A stretch of DNA of 64,000 bases from Spirochaetia bacterium (GTDB lineage: Bacteria > Spirochaetota > Spirochaetia > CAKZLE01). Positions 10,592 to 21,467 of the stretch are shown here, piece after piece (the stretch's first letter is position 1; every line of letters begins with the position of its first letter). The notes under the pieces are model-generated. The model made no database searches. It was not told where the DNA came from and worked only from the letters and a program-made list of their open reading frames with translations. The translations under genes were made by a program, and so were the position numbers. The stretch is taken from assembly GCA_963677595.1 (NCBI GenBank), contig OY782041.1, forward strand, positions 3,104,001 through 3,168,000, read 5' to 3'.

Positions 10592-11502
10592 TATACATAT
10601 TATTGTCAACCTATAATGGTCAAACATATTTAAGACCATTACTTGATTCAATTTTAGCACAATCGGTACTTGCTTGGCGGCTTTTTATTCGAGATGATAA
10701 TTCTTCAGATCAAACATTAGCAATTATAAAAAAATATAAAAACAAATTAGGAGAAAAACTTCAAGTCTTGGAAGATGATCTTGGGAATATTGGTGCAACA
10801 AAAAGTTTTCTTGAATTAATAAAAAGCGTCCCAAAGGATGCTGAATATATAGCATTATGTGATCAGGATGATTTCTGGTTAGAGACTAAGCTTGAAAACG
10901 CTATTAATAAATTTGTTGATTCTCAGCCCACTCTGTATTGTAGTAGTACATATATTACCGATGAAAAACTAGAAGTCTTATATAAAAAGAATATAAATAT
11001 TGGGGGGAAAATAAATTACAAAACCGCTATTTTTCAAAATTATACATCAGGGTGTACATATGTTTTCAATAAACAATTATTAAAAATATTAAAATTGAAT
11101 GAATATGATTTTTGTAATATCATCATGCATGATTACTGGATTTACTTGATTGCATGTAATTTAGGTAAAATTTATTATGATACTAATGCATATATTTATT
11201 ATAGACAGCATTCTAATAATTATTGCGGGGTAGGATCTAGGGTGAATTTCCTAAATTATATTAATAATTTAAGCAATTTTAAGAAGCGTTGTAATGTTTT
11301 TATTGGTAATTATAAAATGGTCGATAAATTTCAAAAAATCTTTAAAAATTCGCTATCTGAGGAAAAAGACATTTATATAGAGCAATTCCTCGCTTCAAGA
11401 GAGACTATGCTAAAAAGAGTACAGTTCATATTAAAACATATATTATATAAACAAGTTGGGAGGAAGTTATTCACTTACTTAATGTGTAAGGATGAAGAGT
11501 GA
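10588..11502 (+). CDS. Glycosyltransferase family 2, probable rhamnosyltransferase
   Basis: LSTYNG..YL, IRDDNSSD, LCDQDDFW, MHDYW and YRQH motifs; rml genes in the same locus. Confidence 0.88.
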   Translation: MIYILLSTYNGQTYLRPLLDSILAQSVLAWRLFIRDDNSSDQTLAIIKKYKNKLGEKLQVLEDDLGNIGATKSFLELIKSVPKDAEYIALCDQDDFWLETKLENAINKFVDSQPTLYCSSTYITDEKLEVLYKKNINIGGKINYKTAIFQNYTSGCTYVFNKQLLKILKLNEYDFCNIIMHDYWIYLIACNLGKIYYDTNAYIYYRQHSNNYCGVGSRVNFLNYINNLSNFKKRCNVFIGNYKMVDKFQKIFKNSLSEEKDIYIEQFLASRETMLKRVQFILKHILYKQVGRKLFTYLMCKDEE

Positions 11503-11736
11503 ATTAATCAATTGAGAGATCCTAGACTGCAATATACTAATATAAGCTATAGTTATGATTCTTTTTTGTTGTATAAGCATATACGTGTTCGTTCTCATAT
11601 CTGAGAAAATTATATGGTGAATTCCATATTGTCTAATATTAAATATTACTATTAGAAGTCAAATATAAGAAAATACTATTTAGATATCAAATTGAGGAGT
11701 CTATTTTCCATCACTCAAATACCTGGGAGTTTATGT

Positions 11737-12894
11737 ATGCAAAATCTGATAAATAAGATTAACCTAGACAAAGTTCTGGGAATTGATTATTACTATAGTA
11801 AAGATATAAAAAATAATAAACTATTTGCTCTGTGTTTATTATGTTTTATTAAAAGCCTATTTTTGAAAGATAATATTAAAAATGGATCTAATTTCAATAA
11901 TAATTATTTATTTCTCAAAACGCAAAATAGACGTGATTATGATAATCTATTCAATATTATCTATAACTCATGTAATCAAAACAAAGGAGAAATAAATCTC
12001 AAATATAAATATTCAATGAATTTTTTGTATATTTACTATTTTGTAAAACTTAGTTATGTAAGAAAAACCTTACAAAGTACAAAAAGATTGCTAGTTGGAT
12101 TGTATTTGTATCTTAAATTTGTAAGATATTTTCAAGTTATTGTTAAGCTAGATAAGATTCAGTTTTGTAAATTAGTGGTCTTTTCGGATGTTCAACCTAT
12201 AGAGAACTTATTTGTACAAATATGTAATCTTAGGGAGAGGGATACAATAACACTTCAGCATGGTTTATTTATTGACTACAAAAATTTACCAAATATAAAC
12301 ATGTTAAATTATACTAATGTATCTTCTCAAACAATTTTAGTTTGGGGAGAAAACAGTAAGAATCTATTTTTAAAATATAATCCAAAAATTAATGTTGTAA
12401 TATGTGGGAATCCGGCAATACTTCCTATTCAACGATCTAATACATTAACGCAATATTTTGGAGTAGTTTTTGATCAGCCCTTATTTTTGTCATACAATAA
12501 ATTACTATTAGATATAGCACAAGAATTTGCAAAGAAGAAAGATCTAAAAATTAAACTTAGAATACACCCCCAAGATGACATAAATAACTATGATATTCAA
12601 AATGAAATTGTAAGTGTAAATAGAGATGTTTATGATGTAGACTTTGTTTTAGCCCATACAACAACAATGATATTTGAATTGTTAACGCAAGGGATACCAG
12701 TGTATAAGCTTGATACAGATATACCTTCTCATAAAATGAACCAGCAAATTACTTTTAGAACATATCAAGAATTAGAGAATAAATTTAATAGCAACTTTTC
12801 TTTTAAAAAAGAAGCTGATGAATATATAAAATTTATAAATAAAGAATCATATAATAGGTATACTGACTTTTTTAATAAATTGATGAAATTATAA
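11737..12894 (+). CDS. Hypothetical GT-B-like protein, possible ulosonic-acid (Kdo-like) transferase
   Basis: TLQHG, LVWGE, CGNP and RIHPQD motifs; RBS gggag before ATG 11737; function inferred from the kdsB-like gene in the locus. Confidence 0.5.
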   Translation: MQNLINKINLDKVLGIDYYYSKDIKNNKLFALCLLCFIKSLFLKDNIKNGSNFNNNYLFLKTQNRRDYDNLFNIIYNSCNQNKGEINLKYKYSMNFLYIYYFVKLSYVRKTLQSTKRLLVGLYLYLKFVRYFQVIVKLDKIQFCKLVVFSDVQPIENLFVQICNLRERDTITLQHGLFIDYKNLPNINMLNYTNVSSQTILVWGENSKNLFLKYNPKINVVICGNPAILPIQRSNTLTQYFGVVFDQPLFLSYNKLLLDIAQEFAKKKDLKIKLRIHPQDDINNYDIQNEIVSVNRDVYDVDFVLAHTTTMIFELLTQGIPVYKLDTDIPSHKMNQQITFRTYQELENKFNSNFSFKKEADEYIKFINKESYNRYTDFFNKLMKL

Positions 12895-12904
12895 GGGCAT
12901 TATT

Positions 12905-14296
12905 TTGCAAAAAAAACTAATTAATGCAGGATCCTTTTATTTAGTTAGCAATCTATTTAATAAAGGAATAGTTTTCTTAACAATTCCCATTTACACAAGA
13001 GTTCTATCTTCCTACGATTATGGTATTATAAATACATTTACTGCTTGGGTGGGGATAATAACAATTCTAATAGGTTTTGCATTCCATATGGGAGTCCGAG
13101 CTGCTTTCAAAGACTATATTAGTAAAATAAATAATTTTTTTAAATCGATAATCATATTAAATACAATAATTTTTATTTCTATATTTTTAATATTTACATT
13201 AGTTTACAATTTTTGCTCATTTAATAAGTACTATATATTAATTTCTCTTTGCTTATTTCAAGGATTTTCTCTAGGAATAATTCAGGATTATAGTATGTAT
13301 TTAATGATGAAATTAAGATATAAGGAAAGATCATTATTAATGGTTTTCCCTAATATTATAATCACTTTATTATCCATATTTTTCATTATTTTTATTTTAA
13401 ACTCTAATAAATATCTTGGTAAAATAGTTACAGGGACAATAATTAATTTTATAGTTGCAATAGTAATAATTATCAAAGTACTGAAATTTGATGGCCCAAT
13501 TATTAATAAGGAGTATTGGAAGTATGTATTGAGGGTTTCCACCCCATTAATATTTCATGGATTATCTTTAACTATTCTTAGTCAATCAGATAGGATAATG
13601 CTTACATATTTTAGAGGTCCATCCGAAACCGGTATTTATAGCTTATCTTATAATTTTGGTATGATTGCTAATTTGCTAATCACCTCTATTGATGGAGTAT
13701 GGGTCCCATGGTTCTATAAAAATATGGAATCAGAATCTATTGAATTACTTAATGAGAAGGTTAGATTATATATAGAAATAATTGTAATTCCTATCATCTG
13801 TATTTTGTTGGTTTCACCAGATTTATTAAAACTTCTGGCTCCTCGAGATTATTGGGATGGGATCAGTTTATTACCTTTAATTATAAGCGCAAGTATAATA
13901 ATTTTTTATTATACTTTATATGTTAATATTGAACATTATCATAAAAAAACAAAAGTAATTGCTTTAAATACACTTATATCTGCTTTGTTAAATATTGTAT
14001 TAAATATAGTTTTTATACCGAAATATGGAATGTTAGCAGCGGCTGGCACTACAACCGTTTCATATGCTATTTCATTCTTACTTCATTACAAATATTCAAA
14101 AACGATAGAACCGGAACTTTTCCCAGTACAAAAATATTTAATTATGCCTTTTTGGGTTTTGATAGCTATAGTTTTGTTCTATTTGTTTGAAGGAAACATG
14201 TTTGTTCGTTGGATTTTGGCAAGTATGTATTTACTTAGTTATGTTTTGTTTAGAAGGCGTCTTTTAATAAGTATAGTAGGAAAAAGAATTAATTGA
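12905..14296 (+). CDS. wzx: Oligosaccharide flippase (Wzx)
   Basis: About 12 TM segments; PIYTRVLS..DYG, SQSDRIML, GIYS and LN..FIPKYG..AA motifs. Confidence 0.9.
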   Translation: MQKKLINAGSFYLVSNLFNKGIVFLTIPIYTRVLSSYDYGIINTFTAWVGIITILIGFAFHMGVRAAFKDYISKINNFFKSIIILNTIIFISIFLIFTLVYNFCSFNKYYILISLCLFQGFSLGIIQDYSMYLMMKLRYKERSLLMVFPNIIITLLSIFFIIFILNSNKYLGKIVTGTIINFIVAIVIIIKVLKFDGPIINKEYWKYVLRVSTPLIFHGLSLTILSQSDRIMLTYFRGPSETGIYSLSYNFGMIANLLITSIDGVWVPWFYKNMESESIELLNEKVRLYIEIIVIPIICILLVSPDLLKLLAPRDYWDGISLLPLIISASIIIFYYTLYVNIEHYHKKTKVIALNTLISALLNIVLNIVFIPKYGMLAAAGTTTVSYAISFLLHYKYSKTIEPELFPVQKYLIMPFWVLIAIVLFYLFEGNMFVRWILASMYLLSYVLFRRRLLISIVGKRIN

Positions 14297-14335
14297 TAGT
14301 CAGTATGAATATACTAAATCAAGACCCTATATTAT

Positions 14336-16262
14336 CATGAATTTTAATTAATTTTGTACTAGAAATAGCACAAATCGTTCCTGGTTAACAACATAAACCT
14401 TTACAAGCCTCCTTTTAAATAGTACAATTAGCTATTAATAGGAGGGATGCAAACATGGCCAGACCGCCCAGGAACGATGACAAGATCTACCTTAACCTCC
14501 ATATCAATCAAGGGTACCGATACGCTCGTGCTCAGGTTCCGTACAAAACTGAATCAGGGGTGAAGCGGTACAAATCTGTCCATTTTGGTACAGTCACCGA
14601 TGAGCTTGTATTCAACCCGAATCACAAGTTTCTCTATGCATCTGAAGAGGTACGGAAGGCCCTCGTGTTTCCTCCTGAGTGGAATGTGAGTGCCGCCTTC
14701 AAGGAGATTCACCCTCCGCCGGGGAGACCGGAATCATCAGATGAGGATACGAACCGTCTGTATGGCCATATCTGGCTTCTCGAGAAGATTGCAGAATCTA
14801 CCGGAATCCGCAAGGACCTCCTGCAGGTCTTCCATGGCAACAAGGCCCTGGTGAACGATATCCTTACCCTTGCCATGTTTCCCTATGTTACCGGGTACAC
14901 CTATAACCGAGTTGAACGCTGGCAGCGGATTGTAAAAGCTCCGTCAGACAGACCGCTGAACCCGCCAGCCATTACGCATCTGACGCAGAGCATCACCGAG
15001 CAGCATCGCATGGATCTGTTGCGACTACGGTTGAACCGGCTCGAAAAGGGGGAAGTCTGCGCTGTTGATTCCACGTCCCGGACTGCGTATGGCAGCGCTC
15101 TTGCAGACATCCGCTGGGGCAAGAACAAGGAAGGGCTGAAACTTCCCCAGACCAATGAAGTAGTAGTCTACTCGCTCAGCAGCCATGTACCGGTATACTA
15201 CCGGACATTCCCGGGGAACATGATTGACAGCAGATCCCTGCGGACCATCTTCAAGGATCTTGATGATGCGGGATTCCCGGACACCATCTTGGTGACCGAC
15301 CGTGGATATGAAAAGATAGAGACGCTTGAGGCCTATATCCTGAAAGGGAAGGCCATGATCATGTGCACCAAGGTTCAGCAAACCTTGGTGAAGAACGTGA
15401 TCAAGTCGCTTGCTCCATTTACTGATAGACCCGAAGAGATGTCATATGACCGGGAATCCGGCATCTATTATCTGCAGCAGCGAGTTGACTATGCGGTACA
15501 GAGTGTCCAGAAGGACAAGATAACGCATGCGAAGAACCTCTGTGTAAACCTCTATTTTGATCCCATGCGGAGAACGCTGGAACTGAAGAAGCTTGCCGAT
15601 GATCTTTATGATATGCAGGAGGAGTTGGATGAACTCATCGGGAAAGATGCTCCCTACACTGCTGCTGAGATAAAGAAACAGTTCAAATACTATAGCGTGA
15701 GCTATGATTCAGAGGCGAACCGTATTACTGGATACACGCGAGATGCCAAGAAGATCAGTAAAGCCAAAGAGTTGTCAGGCTTCTTCTCCATTACCAGTCA
15801 CAATCTGACTATGGGCGGCATGGAAGTGCTTGAGACCTACAATCTTCGTGATGAGCAGGAGAAGTACTTCCAGCAGATGAAGAGTCAGATGGTCAGTGAC
15901 CGACAGCGAAACTGGTCGGAAGAAGGAAAGACAGGAAGGCTCTTCATCCTGTATGTCTCGCTGGTGTTGGCCTCTCAGGTACGGTATACGTGGAAACAAT
16001 CGTTGACAAAGCAATTCTCTACATCACTTGAAATGCTTGATGAGATGAAGCCGATTCGGTGTATTGAGCATGCAGGAACAGCGAAACATATAACAGCCTT
16101 TGTAGGCAAACAGCGTGAGATCTGCAATGCGTTTGGCTTTGAGATCCCGCCGGGTTGTGATGTCGGGTATGAGATCAGGAAAGTTGAGCCAAAGAAGAAG
16201 AGAGGTCGACCACGGAAGCCGCGTGTCGAGAATTAATAGTACAAAATATATCAAAATTCATG
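14336..16262 (+). mobile_element. IS1634-family-like element, apparently intact
   Basis: IRs catgaattttaattaattttgtacta and tagtacaaaatatatcaaaattcatg; direct repeat atattat at 14329-14335 and 16263-16269; GC-rich against AT-rich flanks. Confidence 0.88.
14455..16236 (+). CDS. IS1634-family DDE transposase
   Basis: VDSTS, GN..D, VTDRGY and Y..R..QEKYF..MKS motifs; C-terminal KKKRGRPRK. Confidence 0.88.
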   Translation: MARPPRNDDKIYLNLHINQGYRYARAQVPYKTESGVKRYKSVHFGTVTDELVFNPNHKFLYASEEVRKALVFPPEWNVSAAFKEIHPPPGRPESSDEDTNRLYGHIWLLEKIAESTGIRKDLLQVFHGNKALVNDILTLAMFPYVTGYTYNRVERWQRIVKAPSDRPLNPPAITHLTQSITEQHRMDLLRLRLNRLEKGEVCAVDSTSRTAYGSALADIRWGKNKEGLKLPQTNEVVVYSLSSHVPVYYRTFPGNMIDSRSLRTIFKDLDDAGFPDTILVTDRGYEKIETLEAYILKGKAMIMCTKVQQTLVKNVIKSLAPFTDRPEEMSYDRESGIYYLQQRVDYAVQSVQKDKITHAKNLCVNLYFDPMRRTLELKKLADDLYDMQEELDELIGKDAPYTAAEIKKQFKYYSVSYDSEANRITGYTRDAKKISKAKELSGFFSITSHNLTMGGMEVLETYNLRDEQEKYFQQMKSQMVSDRQRNWSEEGKTGRLFILYVSLVLASQVRYTWKQSLTKQFSTSLEMLDEMKPIRCIEHAGTAKHITAFVGKQREICNAFGFEIPPGCDVGYEIRKVEPKKKRGRPRKPRVEN

Positions 16263-16456
16263 ATATTATAGAAAGAATGAAATATACAAAAACTGGAAAT
16301 GAATAATTCAATATAATAATATAATTGAAAAAAAGATATTAAAGAGACAGAAAAGAACGTAAAAAAAATAAATTCAACATGTTTGCTTTTAAAGTTATTA
16401 GCAATGCAACTATATATGAGATAGAAGTATTAATATTACATATTAAATATATTAGA

Positions 16457-18035
16457 GAGCCAATTTCAAAATAGGGCTCAACGCCATACAAATGTATAAA
16501 TATGCATAAGAAGTACTTCGAGAGGTTCGTATATGTGCTTGATATAAGGAGAGAGACGCTTGCACTCTGCTTGATGACCCAGTGATGAGTATATGAAAAA
16601 GGATTCCTTTCTGTTATAGTTTAATTACGACAAAAAAACAAAAACAAAAAAAGGAATCCTGTATGGCTTATACTATCCCAAGTACGTTCGGACTTCAATC
16701 CCTTCTCTTCACATCTGAGGACCTATCATCCTGTTTGTTCCGAAAACCCACAGCACGGGAGCGGGAATTCCTGCAGTTCCTGCAGGCAGTTCAGGGATTG
16801 TTAACACCAGAAGAGCAGCAGGCTCTCAGCAGAAATCACACACGAGGCAGGCTCGGATATGAACTGAAGAGTATCCTTGGCATACAGCTGCTGAAACTCG
16901 TTTATCGACAACCGACGATGAAAGAGACTCTCCTGCTGCTGCAGGAGAATGGTAATCTCAAAGACATGCTTGCTCTTGATGCCATTCCCAGTCAAGCTAC
17001 GGTCAGTCGGCTCTCGAGTCAGGTGATGGCGATCGTCTCACCTACAGCACTCCATGAGCGTGTGATCTCTGAGTATGTGCAAGCGACCGATAGAGTCATC
17101 GGACATCTATGCATAGACAGCACGACGATCGAGGCACGTGAGAAGCCGATACACCGGACCAGAAAGACAGAAGAGAGAAAGAAACCAGCTAAGAAGCCGG
17201 GGAGAAAGAAGAACGGATCTCCTGAACAGCAGGAATATCTTAAACGGAAGGCTCAGGAAGAACAGGAGCGGATTGCCTATCTGCACGAATCCTGGGAGCA
17301 TACCGTCTCAAAGCTGGAGATGCGCTGTTCTCTGACAGCGAAGCAGAACTCAAAAGGGAAGAGACAATGGTTCATCGGGTACAAGGCTCATCTTGCCACT
17401 GATGACTTCGGAGTCCCGATGAGCTATGTAGTGACCGGGGCATCGGTCCATGATAGCAAGGTTGCAGTCCCCTTGATGAAGATGACCCGGGAACGCTCTG
17501 ACTTCTTCTATATTCTGCTCGACAAGGGCTACATCAGTCCCCTCATCAATGACTATGCGGATCATATCGAACGGAAGGTGATCATCGACAGGAAGGCCTA
17601 TCAGGGAGTAGCCCCGATCCCGCTGGAACCAGCGGCTGCTGCACGGTATACGGCCCGGACTACGGTCGAGCGGACCAACAGCGAACTCAAGGACGGGTTC
17701 TTGCCGGACAAGATCTACAAGCAGGCTGCCAGGGCACGGTATGAAATAGCATTGGCCATTCTTCTCACCACCATGAAGAAAGTGAGGAATGTGCTGAAGC
17801 TCTACGACGAGAAGAGCTTCGATTCAGCTGCGTAAAGCCAAAGCTGCAGCATTCTACACAAGCCCACCAGCATAGGATGGGCGCTTCAGTGTGCATAAAC
17901 TACCATGAACGGATGTCTCATCTCCAGATTTCAGCACAGACTCTGGCCGAATGCTGGGTCTCCAGCAGGTTCTGTATGTTTATGCAGCTCTTTGTGCATA
18001 TTTATACGGGGAGATCTGCTTTTTGAAATCGGCTC
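16457..18035 (+). mobile_element. IS element (IS5/IS1182-like DDE group), apparently intact
   Basis: IRs gagccaatttcaaaa and ttttgaaatcggctc; 4-bp target duplication taga (16453-16456, 18036-18039); second inverted pair gtataaatatgca (16494-16506) / tgcatatttatac (17995-18007). Confidence 0.88.
16663..17835 (+). CDS. DDE transposase
   Basis: IDST, WFIGYKAHL, ASVHDS, LDKGY and Y..RTTVERTNSELK motifs. Confidence 0.9.
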   Translation: MAYTIPSTFGLQSLLFTSEDLSSCLFRKPTAREREFLQFLQAVQGLLTPEEQQALSRNHTRGRLGYELKSILGIQLLKLVYRQPTMKETLLLLQENGNLKDMLALDAIPSQATVSRLSSQVMAIVSPTALHERVISEYVQATDRVIGHLCIDSTTIEAREKPIHRTRKTEERKKPAKKPGRKKNGSPEQQEYLKRKAQEEQERIAYLHESWEHTVSKLEMRCSLTAKQNSKGKRQWFIGYKAHLATDDFGVPMSYVVTGASVHDSKVAVPLMKMTRERSDFFYILLDKGYISPLINDYADHIERKVIIDRKAYQGVAPIPLEPAAAARYTARTTVERTNSELKDGFLPDKIYKQAARARYEIALAILLTTMKKVRNVLKLYDEKSFDSAA

Positions 18036-18081
18036 TAGAATTGTTTTTTACATATATATAATAATTGATTTACTGTAAGGA

Positions 18082-18951
18082 GTGAATATGAAAGCAGTTA
18101 TTTTATCTGGAGGTACAGGATCTCGGCTTTATCCTGCCACAATTGTTATTAGCAAACAATTATTACCAATTTATGATAAACCAATGATTTATTATCCACT
18201 AGCAGTACATATGCTTGCGGGGATTCGTGATATCCTTCTTATTTCTTCACCAGAAGCATTACCAATATATCAAGTGTTATTTGGTGATGGAAGCCAATTG
18301 GGAATCAATATTTCTTACTGTGAGCAGAAAGCTCCAAATGGACTTGCAGAAGCTTTTATTCTTGGAGAAGACTTTATTGGTGGTGATTCGGTATCATTAA
18401 TTCTTGGTGATAATATTTTTTATGGTGCAAATTTAGCTTCTCTTGTTCAAGAAGCTGCTCAGATAAAGAGTGGAGCAAGAGTTTTTGGATATCATGTTAG
18501 CGATCCAAAAAGATACGGTGTAGTTGAGTTTGATGATCATAATAATGCAATCTCAATAGAAGAGAAACCAACAAATCCAAAATCAAATTATGCTGTTGTA
18601 GGATTATATTTCTATGATAATTCAGTAGTAGATATTGCCAAGAATCTAAAACCTTCATGGAGGGGAGAGCTAGAAGTTACGGATGTGAACCGTGTGTATC
18701 TTGAACGAGGAGATTTAAAGGTCAGTCTAATGGGTAGGGGCTATACCTGGTTAGATACAGGTACCCATAATTCTTTAGCAGATGCCACGAATTTTGTCAG
18801 AACAATTGAAGAACGTCAAGGTTATAAAATTGCATGTCTTGAAGAGATTGCATTTAGAATGGGATTTATTGATGCCGAACAGCTTGAAAAATTAGCTCAA
18901 CCACTCATGGCGTCAGGTTATGGTGAGTATATAATGGATTTGATTAAATAA
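18082..18951 (+). CDS. rmlA: Glucose-1-phosphate thymidylyltransferase
   Basis: GG.GSRLYP.T...[30 protein letters not shown] and WLDTGT motifs. Confidence 0.97.
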   Translation: MNMKAVILSGGTGSRLYPATIVISKQLLPIYDKPMIYYPLAVHMLAGIRDILLISSPEALPIYQVLFGDGSQLGINISYCEQKAPNGLAEAFILGEDFIGGDSVSLILGDNIFYGANLASLVQEAAQIKSGARVFGYHVSDPKRYGVVEFDDHNNAISIEEKPTNPKSNYAVVGLYFYDNSVVDIAKNLKPSWRGELEVTDVNRVYLERGDLKVSLMGRGYTWLDTGTHNSLADATNFVRTIEERQGYKIACLEEIAFRMGFIDAEQLEKLAQPLMASGYGEYIMDLIK

Positions 18952-18967
18952 GGAAGATAGCAGAAAA

Positions 18968-19525
18968 ATGCCTTTTACCGTAAAAGAGACTCCAATCAAA
19001 GATCTGATAATTATCGAACCGAAGGTGTTCAGTGATGAGAGAGGTTGGTTCATGGAGAGTTATAAGTATAGTGATTTCAAATCAATCGGGATAAATGTTG
19101 ATTTTATGCAAGATAATCACTCATACTCAAAGAAACATGTTTTACGCGGTTTACATTATCAGTTAGCACCTTATGCACAAGGAAAGCTTGTCAGGGTTGT
19201 CAGCGGAGTTGTCTGGGATGTTGCTGTAGATTTGAGAAAAGATTCTCCTACGTATAAAAAATGGGTAGGAGTAGTTTTATCAGACAATAACAATTATATG
19301 TTTTGGATACCTGAAGGTTTTGCGCACGGATTTGTTGCCTTAACTGATAAAGTACAATTCCTATATAAAACAACAAATGAATATATTAAAGAAGTAGAAC
19401 GTGCAATACGATGGGATGATCCCGATATTGCAGTTGAGTGGCCAGTAAAGAAACCTATTGTATCAGATAAAGATAAGGGTAATCCTTTGTTTTCAGAAAT
19501 ACCAGAGATTGACAGATTGTTATAG
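18968..19525 (+). CDS. rmlC: dTDP-4-dehydrorhamnose 3,5-epimerase
   Basis: DERGWFME, QDNHSYS, LRGLHYQ and PEGFAHGF motifs. Confidence 0.97.
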   Translation: MPFTVKETPIKDLIIIEPKVFSDERGWFMESYKYSDFKSIGINVDFMQDNHSYSKKHVLRGLHYQLAPYAQGKLVRVVSGVVWDVAVDLRKDSPTYKKWVGVVLSDNNNYMFWIPEGFAHGFVALTDKVQFLYKTTNEYIKEVERAIRWDDPDIAVEWPVKKPIVSDKDKGNPLFSEIPEIDRLL

Positions 19526-19534
19526 GAGAGTGAA

Positions 19535-20605
19535 ATGAAAAGGAAATTACATAACATTCTTGTTACTGGTGGTGCCGGATTCATTGGTGTGAATTTTATT
19601 AAGTATCTTTTCAAGCAAGAAGATTTTATAGGCAGAGTAATTAACCTTGATGCTTTAACTTATGCAGGTAATGCATTCAGTTTGGATGATATCCAAATAT
19701 CATATCCTAATAGATATATGTTTGTGCATGGGAGTGTCTGCGATGAAGAGCTTGTGCGGACAACACTTACTGCCTATGAAATTGATACTATTGTTCATTT
19801 TGCTGCTGAATCACATGTAGATAGATCAATACTTGGTCCTAGAACGTTCATTGAAACAAATATTTGGGGAACCTTCACATTACTCGAAGAATCCAGGAAA
19901 TATTGGAATGGACGAGAGGATGTGCTGTTTCATCATATCAGTACAGATGAGGTTTTTGGGTCATTAGGTGAGGGAGGATTCTTTAGGGAAGATACATCCT
20001 ATGATCCGAGAAGCCCCTATTCTGCTTCAAAAGCATCGAGTGATCATCTGGTACGAGCATATTTCCATACCTATGGATTACCGGTGACTCTTTCAAACTG
20101 TACAAATAATTATGGTCCTTACCAATTCCCTGAGAAATTGCTTCCTGTGATGATTGAGAATATGCTTAACAAGAAAGCTCTTCCTGTGTATGGTGACGGG
20201 AAGAATATCAGGGACTGGCTATATGTAGAGGATCATGCTTCTGCGATCTGGTTGATTCTCAATCAAGGGGGGGGGGGTGAGTCATATAATGTCGGGGGGG
20301 AGAATGAGTGGCAGAATATCACTCTGTTAAAAGAGCTCTGTTCTATTGTGGCAGATAAGATTAATGAACCAGTTGAGGAGTATCTATCTCTTATTACTTA
20401 TGTAAAAGACCGCCCTGGGCATGATAGACGATATGCTATTGATTGTAAAAAGATTAAAAAAGAACTCAACTGGAGCCAATCAGTAACATTCAAAGAAGGT
20501 TTAGAAATGACAGTAGATTGGTATTTAGGAAATAGGGAATGGATTGAACAGATAAAGAGTGGCGAGTATTCGTCTTGGATAGTGAAGAATTATGAGAACA
20601 GATAA
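19535..20605 (+). CDS. rmlB: dTDP-glucose 4,6-dehydratase
   Basis: TGGAGFIG, HFAAESHVDRSI, STDEV, YSASKA and DRPGHDRRYAID motifs. Confidence 0.97.
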   Translation: MKRKLHNILVTGGAGFIGVNFIKYLFKQEDFIGRVINLDALTYAGNAFSLDDIQISYPNRYMFVHGSVCDEELVRTTLTAYEIDTIVHFAAESHVDRSILGPRTFIETNIWGTFTLLEESRKYWNGREDVLFHHISTDEVFGSLGEGGFFREDTSYDPRSPYSASKASSDHLVRAYFHTYGLPVTLSNCTNNYGPYQFPEKLLPVMIENMLNKKALPVYGDGKNIRDWLYVEDHASAIWLILNQGGGGESYNVGGENEWQNITLLKELCSIVADKINEPVEEYLSLITYVKDRPGHDRRYAIDCKKIKKELNWSQSVTFKEGLEMTVDWYLGNREWIEQIKSGEYSSWIVKNYENR

Positions 20606-21446
20606 TCCAAACATATGGGTCGTTGGTGCCAAAGGTATGCTTGGCCATGAAGTGACTGACATCCTTGATGAAAAACGGATTCAATATCTTGCTACAGACA
20701 TTGATTGTGATATAACAGATTTATCAGTATTAGAATCATATATAAGTGGTAAAGAATTCACCCATATTATTAACTGTGCGGCTTATACTGCAGTTGATCA
20801 AGCCGAAGATGATGAAGATCAAGCATTTTTATTAAATGCAGTAGGACCGAAAAATCTTGCCTTAGCAGCAAAAAAAAATAATATAATTCTTATTCATGTA
20901 TCAACTGATTATGTTTTTGATGGAAAAAACCCCAAGGGTTATAACCCAAATGACCCAGTCAACCCTATATCGGCATATGGTCGGACAAAGGCTTCTGGGG
21001 AGAAATTCATTCAAGAGATTTTGGATAAATTCTATATTGTTAGAACATCATGGTTGTATGGGAAATATGGTAAGAATTTTGTTGTTACAATGTTAAATTT
21101 GATGAATGAAAGAGACACCATCTCTGTAGTTAATGATCAACATGGTGCGCCAACCTATGCTGTAGATCTTGCTAAATACCTTATTTCCTTAGTTTTTTTA
21201 GATATTAATTTTGGGATATATCATTTTACTAATATTGGGGAAATAACATGGTATGACTTTGCATGTAGTATTTATGATTTAGGAGAAGCAATTGGATTAA
21301 TTCATAATAAATGTTCAATTATACCTATTAGTTCAAGTGACTTTAACAGTAAAGCGAGTAGGCCAATCTATTCATATTTGTTAAACGAAAAGAATAATGG
21401 AAAGAAATGGAGCTATAGTTTAAAAAAAATGTTACAATCTTTATAA
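20592..21446 (+). CDS. rmlD: dTDP-4-dehydrorhamnose reductase
   Basis: GAKGMLG, NCAAYTAVD.AE, STDYVFDG and YGRTK motifs. Confidence 0.96.
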   Translation: MRTDNPNIWVVGAKGMLGHEVTDILDEKRIQYLATDIDCDITDLSVLESYISGKEFTHIINCAAYTAVDQAEDDEDQAFLLNAVGPKNLALAAKKNNIILIHVSTDYVFDGKNPKGYNPNDPVNPISAYGRTKASGEKFIQEILDKFYIVRTSWLYGKYGKNFVVTMLNLMNERDTISVVNDQHGAPTYAVDLAKYLISLVFLDINFGIYHFTNIGEITWYDFACSIYDLGEAIGLIHNKCSIIPISSSDFNSKASRPIYSYLLNEKNNGKKWSYSLKKMLQSL

Positions 21447-21467
21447 AATTAGGAAAGGAGTTAAAGC

